64,000 nt of DNA from positions 1,942 to 65,941 of the forward strand of contig CAVWQP010000001.1 of the NCBI GenBank assembly GCA_963757125.1, read 5' to 3'. This DNA comes from an uncultured Solirubrobacterales bacterium (GTDB lineage: Bacteria; Actinomycetota; Thermoleophilia; Solirubrobacterales; Solirubrobacteraceae). Both the position numbers and the translations under genes were made by a program. The notes beneath the pieces are model-generated. The model ran no database searches. It worked only from the letters and a program-made list of their open reading frames with translations, and was not told where the DNA came from. Shown piece by piece: positions 26,274 through 37,144 of the stretch (positions within the stretch are counted from its first letter, which is position 1; each line of letters begins with the position of its first letter).

Positions 26274-27878
26274 TCACGCCTCGTGCAGAACCTGCTCCGG
26301 GGCGTCGATCTGCTCCGCGGGCTCCTCGGCCGTCGGCACCGAAGCCGCCTTCGGGAGCAGCCTGGCGACGATGAACGCCGCCGCCATGATCCCCGCCATG
26401 ATCCAGACGACCGTCTGGGTGGACTGGGCGATGTCGACCTTGACCGCGTGCAGGATCGCGTCGGCACCGGAGCCGGCCTGCGACGCGAGGCCTCCGCCGC
26501 CACCGGTGTTGCCGCCCGCGGTGATCGAGTGCGCGATGCGGTCGGCCTCGGCCGCCGGGACGCCGTTGCTGCGCAGCGTCGAGCCGACCTGGTCGACGTT
26601 GTCGCTGGCGAACAGCGATCCCATGACGGCCAGGCCGAGGCTGGCGCCCAGGTTGCGGATGGTCTGGGTGATGCCGGTGACCTCGCCGTAGCCGGCGCCC
26701 GGCGCGCGGTTCAGCGCGTCGGTGCTCACGGGGCCGAGCACGAGCCCGAGCCCGGCGCCCGCGACGACGATCCAGTACCACTGGCCACCGAAGTCCAGGT
26801 CGGGGAGCTGCCGGCCCCAGAGGTAGAAGCCGACCGCCGAGACGGCGCAGCCGAGCACGACGGCCGGGCGGGCGCCGCGCTTGTCGAAGATCCGCCCGCC
26901 CCACTGCGCCGCGGTGGCGAAGCCGCCGAAGAAGACCAGCAGGAACAGGCCCGCGTTCGTCGCCGAGAAGCCCAGCGCGGCCTGCGCGTAGACGCTGGCG
27001 AAGAAGAAGAACGGGACGAACACCGCGGACATCAGCAGGAGGACGGCGTTGTCGACGAAGAACCCGCGGTCCTCGAACAGCCGGACGCGGATGAGCGGCT
27101 CGCGCTGGCGCAGCTCGGATGCGACGAACACGACGAGCAGCACGATGCCGACGATGATCGATCCGAGCGTCTTCACGTCCGTCCAGCCCCAGACGCCCGC
27201 CTGCTGGAGCCCGAGGACGACGAAGCCCATGCCCGCCGAGATCAGCACGGCGGCGCGGTAGTCGATCGATCCGGGCACACGCGTCTCGGCCGGCTTTGCC
27301 TTGAACGTGAGGATGAGCGCGATGATGGCGACGGGGATGTTGATCCAGAAGATCGCGCGCCAGGTCCACTCGGTGAGGTAGCCGCCTGCGAGCGGGCCGA
27401 CGGCGGTCAGCGCGCCCGTGATGCCGAAGAAGGCGGCCAGGGCGCGACCGCGCTCGGCCAGCGGGAAGGCGGAGACGACGATCCCCAGGGCGGCGGGGAA
27501 CAGGAGCGCTGCGAACGCGCCCTGCAGGACGCGGAAGATGATCATCCAGGCCTCGCCGATGCTGCCGGTGGGCGTCGCGCCACACAGCGCCGAGCACACT
27601 GCGAAGCCGACGATCCCGACGATGACCATGCGTCGATGACCGAGGACGTCGGAGAGCTTGCCGCCGAGCGCGAACAGGGCGGCGAGCGACAGGAGGTAGC
27701 CGTTGACGATCCACTGCGCGCCGGTCGAGGAGAGCGAGAGATCCTTCTGCAGATCCGGGATCGCCAGCGCGACGATCGTCTGGTCGATGAACATCATCGC
27801 GACCGCGAAGATCATCGCGACGAGGACGAGCTGCTTGTTCGAGGATCCTGCCTGGGGGGCAGCGGATTGCGTTGACAT
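26274..27878 (-). CDS. MFS transporter, DHA2 (14-TMS, EmrB/QacA-like) drug:H+ antiporter type
   Basis: FIDQTIVALAIPDLQKDL, GKLSDVLGHRRM, LQGAFAALLFPAAL. The ATG at 27878 is preceded by AGGAG. Confidence 0.9.
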   Translation of the reverse strand: MSTQSAAPQAGSSNKQLVLVAMIFAVAMMFIDQTIVALAIPDLQKDLSLSSTGAQWIVNGYLLSLAALFALGGKLSDVLGHRRMVIVGIVGFAVCSALCGATPTGSIGEAWMIIFRVLQGAFAALLFPAALGIVVSAFPLAERGRALAAFFGITGALTAVGPLAGGYLTEWTWRAIFWINIPVAIIALILTFKAKPAETRVPGSIDYRAAVLISAGMGFVVLGLQQAGVWGWTDVKTLGSIIVGIVLLVVFVASELRQREPLIRVRLFEDRGFFVDNAVLLLMSAVFVPFFFFASVYAQAALGFSATNAGLFLLVFFGGFATAAQWGGRIFDKRGARPAVVLGCAVSAVGFYLWGRQLPDLDFGGQWYWIVVAGAGLGLVLGPVSTDALNRAPGAGYGEVTGITQTIRNLGASLGLAVMGSLFASDNVDQVGSTLRSNGVPAAEADRIAHSITAGGNTGGGGGLASQAGSGADAILHAVKVDIAQSTQTVVWIMAGIMAAAFIVARLLPKAASVPTAEEPAEQIDAPEQVLHEA

Positions 27879-27997
27879 CGGAGGCTCCTGGACGCGAGTT
27901 GACGGGTGTTGGTGCAACCATCTCGATTTCGCCGACGCCGTGCCTCCGTATTGCGCTACTGCATCTCGGCGCCCGTCCCTACGTAAGGAGCTCCGTC

Positions 27998-28474
27998 ATG
28001 GTCCGAAGGGTCGCCCTCCTCGCCGCACTCGCCTCGCTGGCTGCCGCGGCACCCGCTGCGGCGCAGTCTCAGACGCTCACCGTCACCGAGACCGCCCGCG
28101 GCGGCACGAGCGACGTCGTCGACCATCCGCCGAAGTCCCCCAGCGGCGGCGCGGACCGGCAGCTCTCCAAGGACGACACCCTCGTCATCACGAACCCGCT
28201 GCGCGACACGTCCAACCGGCCGATCGGGACCGTGCGGGCGAGCTGCGCGATCACGAAGGCCGGCGGGTTCGACAAGGCGGCGGCCGACTGCCTCGGCGTC
28301 TTCCAGATGAAGGCCGGGCGGCTCTACGTGACGCTCCCGCTCGACTTCGCCTCGTCGACATCGCACGGCACCGTGCTCGGCGGGACCGGCGCCTACGCGG
28401 GCCTGCGCGGCACGTGGACGTCGGTCCAGCATCGGAACGGCAGCTCGACCGACACCTTCACGCTCGCTCCCTGA
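27998..28474 (+). CDS. Secreted beta-barrel (dirigent / allene-oxide-cyclase-like) hypothetical protein
   Basis: AAGGAG sits before ATG 27998. The signal peptide is MVRRVALLAALASLAAAAPAAAQ. The C-terminal GTVLGGTGAYAGLRGTW is typical of that fold family as I recall it. Confidence 0.65.
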   Translation: MVRRVALLAALASLAAAAPAAAQSQTLTVTETARGGTSDVVDHPPKSPSGGADRQLSKDDTLVITNPLRDTSNRPIGTVRASCAITKAGGFDKAAADCLGVFQMKAGRLYVTLPLDFASSTSHGTVLGGTGAYAGLRGTWTSVQHRNGSSTDTFTLAP

Positions 28475-28985
28475 CGTCGCTCCCCAGGGCCACGAACGCG
28501 CCGGCGACGCGCGCGACGGTGAGCAGGTCGAGCTCTGAGGCCGACCGCCCCGCCGCGCGCAGCCGGGCCACCATGACCGCGACGACCTCGGGGTCGAGCA
28601 CCGTGCCGCCGTCGGCGATCTCGCGGACCGACGCGAGGAACTGCGCCGAGTCCGCCATGCGCTGCTTGAGGAGGTAGCCGGTGGCGCGCACGCCGAGCGT
28701 CAGCAGCTCGACGGCGTAGCGCACCTGGAGGTGGTGGGAGATGACGAGGACCGGCGTGCCCGGCCTGTCGGCACGGATCGCCCGGACGGCACGCAGACCC
28801 TCGTCGCGCTGCGTGGGCGGCATGCGGACGTCGGCGATGACGAGGGCGGGACGGTCGGCCTGCGCGCGCCGCACGAGACCGGGACCGTCGCCTGCCACGC
28901 CGACGACCTCGTGCCCGGCGCCCGTCAGCATGCGGGCGAGCGCATCCCTGAGGAGCACCTCGTCCTCCCCGATCACGATGCGCAT
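28458..28985 (-). CDS. NarL/LuxR-type response regulator paralog lacking the HTH core (likely degenerate)
   Basis: The receiver domain is intact (VIADVRMPPTQRDEG). After DPEVV only 34 aa remain, against 66 aa in the neighbouring paralog. SELDLLTVAR joins directly to VAGAFVALGSDV, so the recognition-helix segment is absent. Confidence 0.7.
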   Translation of the reverse strand: MRIVIGEDEVLLRDALARMLTGAGHEVVGVAGDGPGLVRRAQADRPALVIADVRMPPTQRDEGLRAVRAIRADRPGTPVLVISHHLQVRYAVELLTLGVRATGYLLKQRMADSAQFLASVREIADGGTVLDPEVVAVMVARLRAAGRSASELDLLTVARVAGAFVALGSDVRERA

Positions 28986-29063
28986 GCGCGGACGCTACGG
29001 AGCCCCCGGGCGTACGGGGTGGACCTGGGACCCCTGCCGCCGGGGGACGCTGGACCCCTCTCG

Positions 29064-29711
29064 TCAGGCGTTGAGGTAGCGCACGACCGCGAGGACGCGG
29101 CGATGGTCGTTGGAGTCGACGTCGAGGCCGAGCGCTGCGTAGATGTGGGAGACGTGCTTGATGACGGCCTTCTCGGACAGCACGAGCTGCTCGGCGATGC
29201 CGGCGTTGCTGCGTCCCTCGGCCATGAGGCCGAGCACGTCGCGCTGGCGCGGGGTGAGGTCGGCGAGGGGGCCGGTGCGCGTGCCGCTGATCATGCTGCG
29301 CACGACCTCGGGGTCGAGGACCGAGGCACCCGCGCCGACGCGGCGCAGGTCCTCGCAGAACGCATCGCCGTCCGCCACGCGCTGCTTGAGCAGATAGCCG
29401 ATGCCCGCGGCGTTCTCGCTGCTCTCGACGAGCTCGGTCGCGTAGCGGCCCTGGACGTGCTGCGACAGCACGACGACCGCGATGTGGGGGTGGCTCTCGC
29501 GGATCGTGAGCGCAGCCCGCAGCCCCTCGTCCGTCTGACTCGGCGGCATCCGGACGTCGGCGATGACGAGGTCGGGGTCGTGGGCCCGCGCCTTGCGGAC
29601 GAGGTCCTCGCCGTCGCCCGCGACGCCCGCGACCTCGAACCCGCGGCGCTCGAGCAGGAGCACCAGGCCCTCCCGCAGGAGCGCCTGGTCCTCGCCGATC
29701 ACGATCCGCAC
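29064..29711 (-). CDS. NarL/LuxR-family response regulator
   Basis: GTG 29711 gives VRIVIGEDQALLREGL...VIADVRMPPSQTDEG ... LTPRQRDVLGLMAEGRSNAGIAEQLVLSEKAVIKHVSHIYAALG. It overlaps the kinase stop by 13 nt. Confidence 0.9.
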   Translation of the reverse strand: MRIVIGEDQALLREGLVLLLERRGFEVAGVAGDGEDLVRKARAHDPDLVIADVRMPPSQTDEGLRAALTIRESHPHIAVVVLSQHVQGRYATELVESSENAAGIGYLLKQRVADGDAFCEDLRRVGAGASVLDPEVVRSMISGTRTGPLADLTPRQRDVLGLMAEGRSNAGIAEQLVLSEKAVIKHVSHIYAALGLDVDSNDHRRVLAVVRYLNA

Positions 29712-31528
29712 GGCAGCTCCGCGAGGATGAACGTCCCGCCGCCGCGAGGGCTGCTGACGACGAGCCGGCCGTCGAGCGCGTCCACGCGGTCGGCCATGCC
29801 GCGCAGCCCGGCCCCGCCGTTGGCCTGCGCGCCGCCCGTGCCGTCGTCGGTGATCTCGACGCGCAGCTCGCCGTCGGCGTGCACCAGCCGCACGTCGACG
29901 ACGGAGGCCTGCGCGTGCTTGATCGTGTTGGCGAGCGCCTCGGCGACGATGAAGTAGCCGGTGCTCTCGACCGGCCCGGGGAGCGGGCCGCGCGCGCGGT
30001 CGAGGTCCAGGGCGACGGGGATCGGGCACCGCGCCGTGAGCTCCTCGACGGCGGCGCAGAGACCGCGCTCGGTGAGCATCGCGGGCATGACGCCCTGCAC
30101 GAGCCCCCGCAGCTCGGTGATCGCCGTCTGCAGGCCCGCGCCGAGATCGTCCGCGAGCGCCGGATCGCTCTTCACGGCGTCCGCCTGGATCGCGAGCAGG
30201 ACGAGCCGGCCCTGCAACCCGTCGTGGAGGTCGCGCGCGATCCGCCGCCGCTCGGCGTCGGAGGCCTCCACGGTCCGCGCGAGCGCGCGCTGGAGGCGGT
30301 CGCGGCCCGCGCGCAGCTCCGCGGTCAGCTGCTCGTTGTGCAGCGCGATCGCGACGACGCGGCCCGCGGACTCGACGGTCTCGCGGTCGGCGATGAGCGT
30401 CGCGTCGTAGTGGATGGCGCCGACACGCCGTCCGCTCAACATCACGTCCACGGACGCCGGCCCCGACCCCGTGGCGAGCGCCTCGTGAGGCGCGAGCACG
30501 AGCTCGAGCGACGGATCGCCCAGCGCGTCGGCCAGCGCGCCCTCGAGCGCGGGGCGCGAGCGATCGGCACGCAGCCACGCCGCCAGCTCCTGCAGCTCGC
30601 CGGTGCGTGCGAACCCGCCGCGCAGCAGGCCGACGGCGAAGGCGACCGGGACGCCGGCGAGGACCGCCATCTGCGCGACGACGGAGATCTCGACGTCCGG
30701 GAAGAGCGCACGGGTCCTCGAGCTGAACGGGACGTAGAGCACGGCGACGATGCCGTAGAGGAAGATCGGCGCGAGGACGCGGCGCTGTGCGGGCACCGCG
30801 GCACGCAGCCGGCTGGCGAGGATGACGACGGTGACCGCAACGAGCAGGCCGCCGATCGCCCACTGCGTCCACTGGGCGGCATCGACTATGCCGGGCCGCG
30901 CAGCGAGCCGCAGGACGGTCCACGGCGCGTCCGGCCCGCCGACGAACAGGTACTGCGGCGCCTGCACCGCGAGGCAGAGCGCGTACCCCGCCATCACCGT
31001 CAACCGGCTCGCCGTCCCGTGCAGCCGGCCGGACGGGAACGCGTGCAGCAGGTGGAACACGAGCGCCAGCGGGAGCGTCGCGAGGATCAGGCCGCCGGCG
31101 ACGAGCGCCGGCGTCGCCACGTTCCCGAACCCTGCCGCGAGCCAGCTGAGGCCCGCGGCGACCATGATCGCGCCGAGGCGGTTCGAGGGCCGGCGCAGCC
31201 ACGCGACGATCCCCGCGGCGAGGTAGATCCACGCGCAGATCGCGAAGCAGCAGAGCACCCAGTACGGCGCGCCCGCCGGCAGGCTCAGGATGAGCGCGAG
31301 CTGCACGAGCCCGATGACGATCACCGCGGCCGCCAGCTCCGCGAGCGCGACGGCGAGTGTCCGTGACGCCGTGCGGCGGTGCTCCGGGCGGGGCGCGCGG
31401 CCTGGTCCCTTCGCCGGACCGGCGTCGATCTCCGGCGCGGAGTCCCCGGTGGGACGCGCTGGGAGTCTCGTCACCGGGAGGGCCATGGGAGTCACCGGGA
31501 CCCGCGCGCGTGCGCGCTCCCGATGCAC
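29699..31528 (-). CDS. Multi-TM sensor histidine kinase (HisKA_3 type)
   Basis: About 8 predicted TM helices are followed by ERRRIARDLHDGLQGRL (H-box) and an HATPase domain (AEALANTIKHA, DDGTGG). The start may be 31528 or 31486. Confidence 0.85.
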   Translation of the reverse strand: MHRERARARVPVTPMALPVTRLPARPTGDSAPEIDAGPAKGPGRAPRPEHRRTASRTLAVALAELAAAVIVIGLVQLALILSLPAGAPYWVLCCFAICAWIYLAAGIVAWLRRPSNRLGAIMVAAGLSWLAAGFGNVATPALVAGGLILATLPLALVFHLLHAFPSGRLHGTASRLTVMAGYALCLAVQAPQYLFVGGPDAPWTVLRLAARPGIVDAAQWTQWAIGGLLVAVTVVILASRLRAAVPAQRRVLAPIFLYGIVAVLYVPFSSRTRALFPDVEISVVAQMAVLAGVPVAFAVGLLRGGFARTGELQELAAWLRADRSRPALEGALADALGDPSLELVLAPHEALATGSGPASVDVMLSGRRVGAIHYDATLIADRETVESAGRVVAIALHNEQLTAELRAGRDRLQRALARTVEASDAERRRIARDLHDGLQGRLVLLAIQADAVKSDPALADDLGAGLQTAITELRGLVQGVMPAMLTERGLCAAVEELTARCPIPVALDLDRARGPLPGPVESTGYFIVAEALANTIKHAQASVVDVRLVHADGELRVEITDDGTGGAQANGGAGLRGMADRVDALDGRLVVSSPRGGGTFILAELPCGS

Positions 31529-31656
31529 GACCTTACGGTTGACTGTGCAACGAGGTCAAGCCGCGCAGCCTGTCGATCTCCTCCAAACCGGATGATGAAG
31601 AGCGGGAGGCGGCCCGCCTATCATCGGCGCGTGACCGGGAACAGCACGAGACGGCG

Positions 31657-31926
31657 ATGGCGGTAGCCGTCCACATCACTGCGCACGGGATGTCCAAGGA
31701 CGACTACGCGCGCGTCATGGGCGAGCTGCAGGCCACGGGCGACGGCGAGCCCGACGGCCGCATCCACCACACCGCGTACGGCGACGACGAGGTCCACATG
31801 TTCGAGGTGTGGGATTCGCCGGAGCAGTTCCAGGCGCATCAGGACAAGCGCTTCGCGCTCATCCAGGGTGCGGGTCTCGACGCGGGCATCGTCGACGTGC
31901 ACCCCGTGCACGCGTACCCGGACTAA
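31657..31926 (+). CDS. Small 89-aa protein, possibly dimeric alpha+beta barrel (ABM-like)
   Basis: The ORF has good GC3. HMFEVWDSPEQFQAH resembles ABM-fold proteins. The assignment is weak. Confidence 0.5.
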   Translation: MAVAVHITAHGMSKDDYARVMGELQATGDGEPDGRIHHTAYGDDEVHMFEVWDSPEQFQAHQDKRFALIQGAGLDAGIVDVHPVHAYPD

Positions 31927-32396
31927 CCGCCGGGCCGGACCGGGACGTCGAGCGCGTCGTGGTGGCCGGGCCACGTCAGCGCCATGCGCCAGCAGCCCGG
32001 CGCCGGCAGGTCGATGCCGGAGGGGCCGGGACCGCCCGGCACGACCCGCGTCACGATCGGCCCGATCCGCGTCGTCCCGCGCATGCGCCACGCGCGGATC
32101 CGCAGGTCCCCCTGCGCGACGGGATCGCGCGCGACCCAGAGGATCTTGTTCCGGTGCTTGCGGGAGGGCGACGCCCGCAGCGGATAGTTGAACAGCACGG
32201 CGACGATGCGCCCCGAGCGGCCGACGACGTGCGGCACCGACTGGTCGGGCGGCGTGAACCCCCCACGAGCCCACGTCGGCAGGGACCCGCGGTCGACGTG
32301 GACGGAGCACGCGGGGACCGTGGCTGCGACGGCATCGGCGCCGGTCGCGAGGGTGGCGGGCCCGAGCACGGCGAGCACCGCGAGAAGGGCCCTCAT
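31923..32396 (-). CDS. Secreted hypothetical protein
   Basis: ATG 32396 gives the signal peptide MRALLAVLAVLGPATLATGADA. No family recognised. Confidence 0.6.
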   Translation of the reverse strand: MRALLAVLAVLGPATLATGADAVAATVPACSVHVDRGSLPTWARGGFTPPDQSVPHVVGRSGRIVAVLFNYPLRASPSRKHRNKILWVARDPVAQGDLRIRAWRMRGTTRIGPIVTRVVPGGPGPSGIDLPAPGCWRMALTWPGHHDALDVPVRPGG

Positions 32397-32620
32397 GTGC
32401 GCGGACAACCCTCGTCCTCGTCGTCGCTGGTGCCACCGGCACGGACACGACCGTGCCCGCCACGCTCACCGAACGGCCTGGCCATCGCCTCGCTGACGAG
32501 GTCGTAGCGACGCTTCGGCGCCTGCGGCCCACTCGCGTCGCGGATTGCGTGCAGGATCTCTCGGAGTCGTGAGGCGACGGACACGGTCCGAAGGGTGCCA
32601 CGCGCCTGGGCCGCGGTCAC
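32393..32620 (-). CDS. Hypothetical 75-aa protein translationally coupled to the upstream ATL gene
   Basis: GTG 32620 overlaps the ATL stop (GTGA). GC3 is fairly high. The acidic tail reads SDDEDEG. No family recognised. Confidence 0.35.
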   Translation of the reverse strand: MTAAQARGTLRTVSVASRLREILHAIRDASGPQAPKRRYDLVSEAMARPFGERGGHGRVRAGGTSDDEDEGCPRT

Positions 32621-32952
32621 GCCTTGGGCCGCCAGCGCTTCCTCGGGTCCGCGCGGCCACCGCTGAATCGCAGCCCCTCCGACTCCAGGAGCTCGCGGAC
32701 CTCCCTCGCGTCTGCCGGCAGGCCTCGTCCCGCTGGCTTCCACCCCGGGTTGATCTCGCCGTCACTGTTGAGCACGCGGTGAACCGCGTGCAGCTCGTGT
32801 CCGCGGCTGCCGATCCACGACACGATGCCCTGGGCGGCGTTGCTGCCGCGGCCGCCGGCAACCGCGACGTCCCCATACGAGGTCCAGTGCCCCTCTGGCA
32901 CCGACTCCAGGAACGCGGCCGCGGCGCGCAGGTCGATCTTCGTCACGACCAC
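32617..32952 (-). CDS. MGMT-family DNA-binding domain protein without the active-site Cys (alkyltransferase-like, ATL)
   Basis: WTSYGDVAVAGG...AAQGIVSWIG....HAVHRVLNSDG occupies the position where Ogt/Ada has PCHRV. Confidence 0.7.
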   Translation of the reverse strand: MVVTKIDLRAAAAFLESVPEGHWTSYGDVAVAGGRGSNAAQGIVSWIGSRGHELHAVHRVLNSDGEINPGWKPAGRGLPADAREVRELLESEGLRFSGGRADPRKRWRPKA

Positions 32953-32962
32953 CTCACGGCAG

Positions 32963-33044
32963 TGGGGGGAGCAGGATTCGAACCTGCGTAGGCAGAGCCA
33001 ACGGGTTTACAGCCCGTCTCCTTTAACCACTCGGACATCCCCCC
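32963..33044 (-). tRNA. tRNA-Tyr(GTA): tRNA-Tyr (anticodon GTA), long variable arm
   Basis: GGGGGGA TG TCCGAGTGGTTAAAGGAG ACGGG CTGTAAA CCCGT TGGCTCTGCCTAC GCAGG TTCGAAT CCTGC TCCCCCC A (82 nt). Confidence 0.9.
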
Positions 33045-33142
33045 GAGGGACAGCGCAGGATAGCGGGCAAGGACTCCGTCCTTGCGCAGGCAGTTCCACG
33101 CCAGCACGACGAGAATCGCCGCGTCGGCGGGAACTGCCGGGC

Positions 33143-33161
33143 GGGCGAGAGCGCCTCGCCC
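33143..33161 (-). terminator. Hairpin (7-bp GC stem) 8 nt downstream of the rpoD stop
   Basis: gggcgag agcgc ctcgccc. A second hairpin, gcaaggac tcc gtccttgc, lies at 33067..33085. Confidence 0.35.
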
Positions 33162-33168
33162 GGGTCCC

Positions 33169-34305
<1,137 letters not shown>

Positions 34306-34521
34306 CTCGACCTTGATGGCTCAGCCCCCCTCAGGTTCCGTCCTGATGCAGTGTCATCGAACCATTCGGACCTGCGCATCCTGCGCCCAGTCCCTACCTC
34401 TGCCTCGCACACTCGTCCAACTGTGAGTTCGTGCGCTCAAGCACACGGTCGCGCAAGTGTTGCACAGATTTCGGCGTCCACAAGGGGGCCGGACTCGACC
34501 GTCTGGCTACCCTCGGGGACC

Positions 34522-35517
34522 ATGACCACCCACCCGCGGGCCCTCCCGGATGTCCAGGCTTCCGCGCCGACCCTCCACGTGAGCCTCTCGCGCGTGGGCG
34601 TCACAGGCGTGGAGAAGGTCATCCGGCTGAACCAGGGCGGCGCCGATCGTCTGTTCTCCGCCGAGCTCGAGTGCTTCGTCGACCTCGGGCCGAACCAGAA
34701 GGGCGCGCACATGTCGCGCTTCGAGGAGACGGTCAACGACGCGATCGGCGAGGTCGTCCTCGGCGAGGCATCGTTCAGGGCCGAACAGCTCGCGGTGCAC
34801 ATCGCCGAGCTCGTGCGCGGCCGGCAGGACGCGCTGCGGGCCGAGGTCACCATCCGCGCGCGCTACCCGGAGTACAAGCCGGCGCCGGTCTCGGGGATCA
34901 ACACGCAGGAGATCTACACGCTGCACGGCTCGGCCGCAGCGTCGGAGGCGGGGACGCGCCGGCTCATCGGCGTCGCGGCGCAGGGGATGACGGCATGCCC
35001 CTGCGCGCAGGGCCTCGTCGCCGAGAGCGCGCGGGTGCGCCTCATCGAGGAGGGCTTCGACGATGATCAGATCGCGCTGATCCTCGAGGCCGTCCCGGTC
35101 GCGACGCACAACCAGCGGGGCCTCGGCACGCTCATGATCGGCTGCCCGGAGGACTGCGACACCGACATCGACGCGCGCGAGCTGCTCGCGATCGTCGAGG
35201 AGTCGATGTCGTCGGAGATCTACGAGCTCATGAAGCGATCCGACGAGGGCGCTGTCGTCGAGAAGGCCCACCGGCGCCCGCGGTTCGTCGAGGACTGCGT
35301 GCGCGAGTCGCTGCGCGGCGTGCTCGAGGGCCTCCCGGACCTGACCGACCGCCACTACGTCTTCGCCCGCCAGGAGAACCTCGAGACGATCCACCAGCAC
35401 AACGTCGTCGCCGAGCGCTTCGGGCTGCTCGGCGAGCTGCGCCACGAGGTGCAGACCGGCGAGCACGTCCCGCACCACATCGGCGTGCGGGAGTGGCTCG
35501 ACGGGGCGACGCGCTAG
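34522..35517 (+). CDS. folE2: GTP cyclohydrolase I type 2 (FolE2/MptA family)
   Basis: VSLSRVGVTGVEKVIRL, NQKGAHMSRF, GMTACPCAQ and THNQRG are hallmarks of the COG1469 family. Confidence 0.9.
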   Translation: MTTHPRALPDVQASAPTLHVSLSRVGVTGVEKVIRLNQGGADRLFSAELECFVDLGPNQKGAHMSRFEETVNDAIGEVVLGEASFRAEQLAVHIAELVRGRQDALRAEVTIRARYPEYKPAPVSGINTQEIYTLHGSAAASEAGTRRLIGVAAQGMTACPCAQGLVAESARVRLIEEGFDDDQIALILEAVPVATHNQRGLGTLMIGCPEDCDTDIDARELLAIVEESMSSEIYELMKRSDEGAVVEKAHRRPRFVEDCVRESLRGVLEGLPDLTDRHYVFARQENLETIHQHNVVAERFGLLGELRHEVQTGEHVPHHIGVREWLDGATR

Positions 35518-36425
35518 GGAACCAGCACCGCGGCGCAGGGCGCAACCGGCACGGCGGGCGTGACGACCGGCACGGGCATCGGCACCGGCCGCGCACGGCG
35601 TCGGCTCGGCGCCCGGGGCACCGTCGCCACCGGCGGAGCCACGACGATCGCACCCACGCGGCAGCCGTTCGGCTCCGGCGTGATCCGCACGACGCTCGCG
35701 TACCGCGTCGCGCAGGCGCTGCGCCCCGGGCGCAGCAGGAGCCGCGGCACGGGCTGCACGTGCGGCGTCCCGTCGCCGCCGGTCCAGACGACGTAGCGCT
35801 GCCCGGGGTCGCGCGGGGTCGGGACCACGAAGGCATAGCCGTTGTCGCTGACGTCGGCGCGCACCGCGGTGCCGTCGGGCGCGGTGAGATACGCGGCCGC
35901 GACCCCGTCGGGCACGACGCCGCTCACGCCCAGCATGTCGTGACCCGGGCCGGCACAGGCGTCGACGCTCACCGCGCCACGCCCGCGGACGAGGTCGGGG
36001 AGCGGCGCTCCGCCGCCGGCGGGCGCGCCGCCCGTCGCGACGACCACCACGCCCTCCCCCGCGCTCGCCCCCGGGACGCACGGCTCCGGGACGATCCAGG
36101 CCTTCCCGCCGTCGGGCGTCGAGCGCAGGAGCCGGACGCTCGCCGCGTCCACGGGAGCGAGACCGCGGGCCTTCAGGAGCCGCTGCACCGTCTCGGGCAG
36201 CGCGTCCTGGGCCTGCGCCGGCCGGCGCAGGACGCCGAGCGCACCGAGCAGCGCCTGGCTCGGCGCCGCACCGGGCGGGCGCGCGCAGGCGGCCGGTGAC
36301 ACCGGCAGCACCGGCGGAACCGGCCGCGGCGTGGGCGGCGTGCGCGGCGACACGGCTGCACCTGCCGCGGCAGGCACGGCCAGCAGCAGCGCTGCGAGGC
36401 CGAGCGACGAGGCTCTGCGGATCAT
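35514..36425 (-). CDS. Secreted Pro/Ala-rich hypothetical protein
   Basis: ATG 36425 follows CAGGAGGGA. The signal peptide is MIRRASSLGLAALLLAVPAAAGA. Confidence 0.65.
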   Translation of the reverse strand: MIRRASSLGLAALLLAVPAAAGAAVSPRTPPTPRPVPPVLPVSPAACARPPGAAPSQALLGALGVLRRPAQAQDALPETVQRLLKARGLAPVDAASVRLLRSTPDGGKAWIVPEPCVPGASAGEGVVVVATGGAPAGGGAPLPDLVRGRGAVSVDACAGPGHDMLGVSGVVPDGVAAAYLTAPDGTAVRADVSDNGYAFVVPTPRDPGQRYVVWTGGDGTPHVQPVPRLLLRPGRSACATRYASVVRITPEPNGCRVGAIVVAPPVATVPRAPSRRRARPVPMPVPVVTPAVPVAPCAAVLVP

Positions 36426-36442
36426 CCCCTGGGTCCCTCCTG

Positions 36443-37144
36443 TCATGGCGAGCACCGCCCGCCCTCGCATCGCAGGACGTCCTCGCCCCGCTCGTCGGTC
36501 GCCGTCACGCCGAGCACCTCCGGCGCGCCCGGCACCGAGGCCACCAGCACCCGCATGCCGCCCGGCAGACGCGCGCTCGCGAGCGCGCGCGGGTCCGTCG
36601 GCAGCGCCGCGAAGCGCCGCGACGACCGGGCGCCCGTCTCCGACAGCGACACCGTCACCTGACGGGCGGACGCGGGCAACGCGCCGAAGATCCAGCTCGT
36701 CCCGGTCTGCGGGTCGAAGTACGTGTGGATGCGCCGCGCCGCGAGGACCGCGGGCGCGGCGCCGTCGCAGCGCGCGCCCGCCCCACCGCCGGGCACGGTC
36801 AGGAAGACGCCCACGACGCGGTCGCCTCGGTAATCGCAGGTGGACGCGCTGAGCTTCCAGTCGTCACCGCGCGCGACGTAGACAGCGTTGCCGGCACGGG
36901 TCGGGTCCTGCGCGCCCGGTGCCCGCAACTGCGCCGGGAGCGCCGGCGGCTTGGGGGCGAACAGCACGTCCTGCGTCGCCACCGCGGTCGGGACGAGCGC
37001 GAGGACCACCGCGAGGCCGATGGCGGCACCGCGCCGCGCCGGGAGCAGCCGCCGCCACAGCGGTCGCGCGCGCCGCCGCGCCCAGGCCCGCTCGACGCCG
37101 ATGCCGAGCTCCTCGAGCACCTGGTCGGGATCGCGCGCGCTCAT
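36443..37144 (-). CDS. Single-pass membrane protein downstream of an ECF sigma (candidate anti-sigma factor)
   Basis: ATGA overlap with the sigma stop, a short cytoplasmic N-terminus, the TM AAIGLAVVLALVPTAVA, and a ~170-aa extracytoplasmic domain. There is no HxxxCxxC motif. Confidence 0.55.
   Translation of the reverse strand: MSARDPDQVLEELGIGVERAWARRRARPLWRRLLPARRGAAIGLAVVLALVPTAVATQDVLFAPKPPALPAQLRAPGAQDPTRAGNAVYVARGDDWKLSASTCDYRGDRVVGVFLTVPGGGAGARCDGAAPAVLAARRIHTYFDPQTGTSWIFGALPASARQVTVSLSETGARSSRRFAALPTDPRALASARLPGGMRVLVASVPGAPEVLGVTATDERGEDVLRCEGGRCSP

Noticed and set aside
25010-27875. C-terminal ~950 codons of ORF 22971..27875 read as a giant MMPL fusion protein
   Set aside because: After the MMPL C-terminal motif the translation is acidic/Arg-rich low complexity and lies antisense to the RDD and MFS genes. 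I treat it as read-through caused by a missing stop, not as coding sequence.
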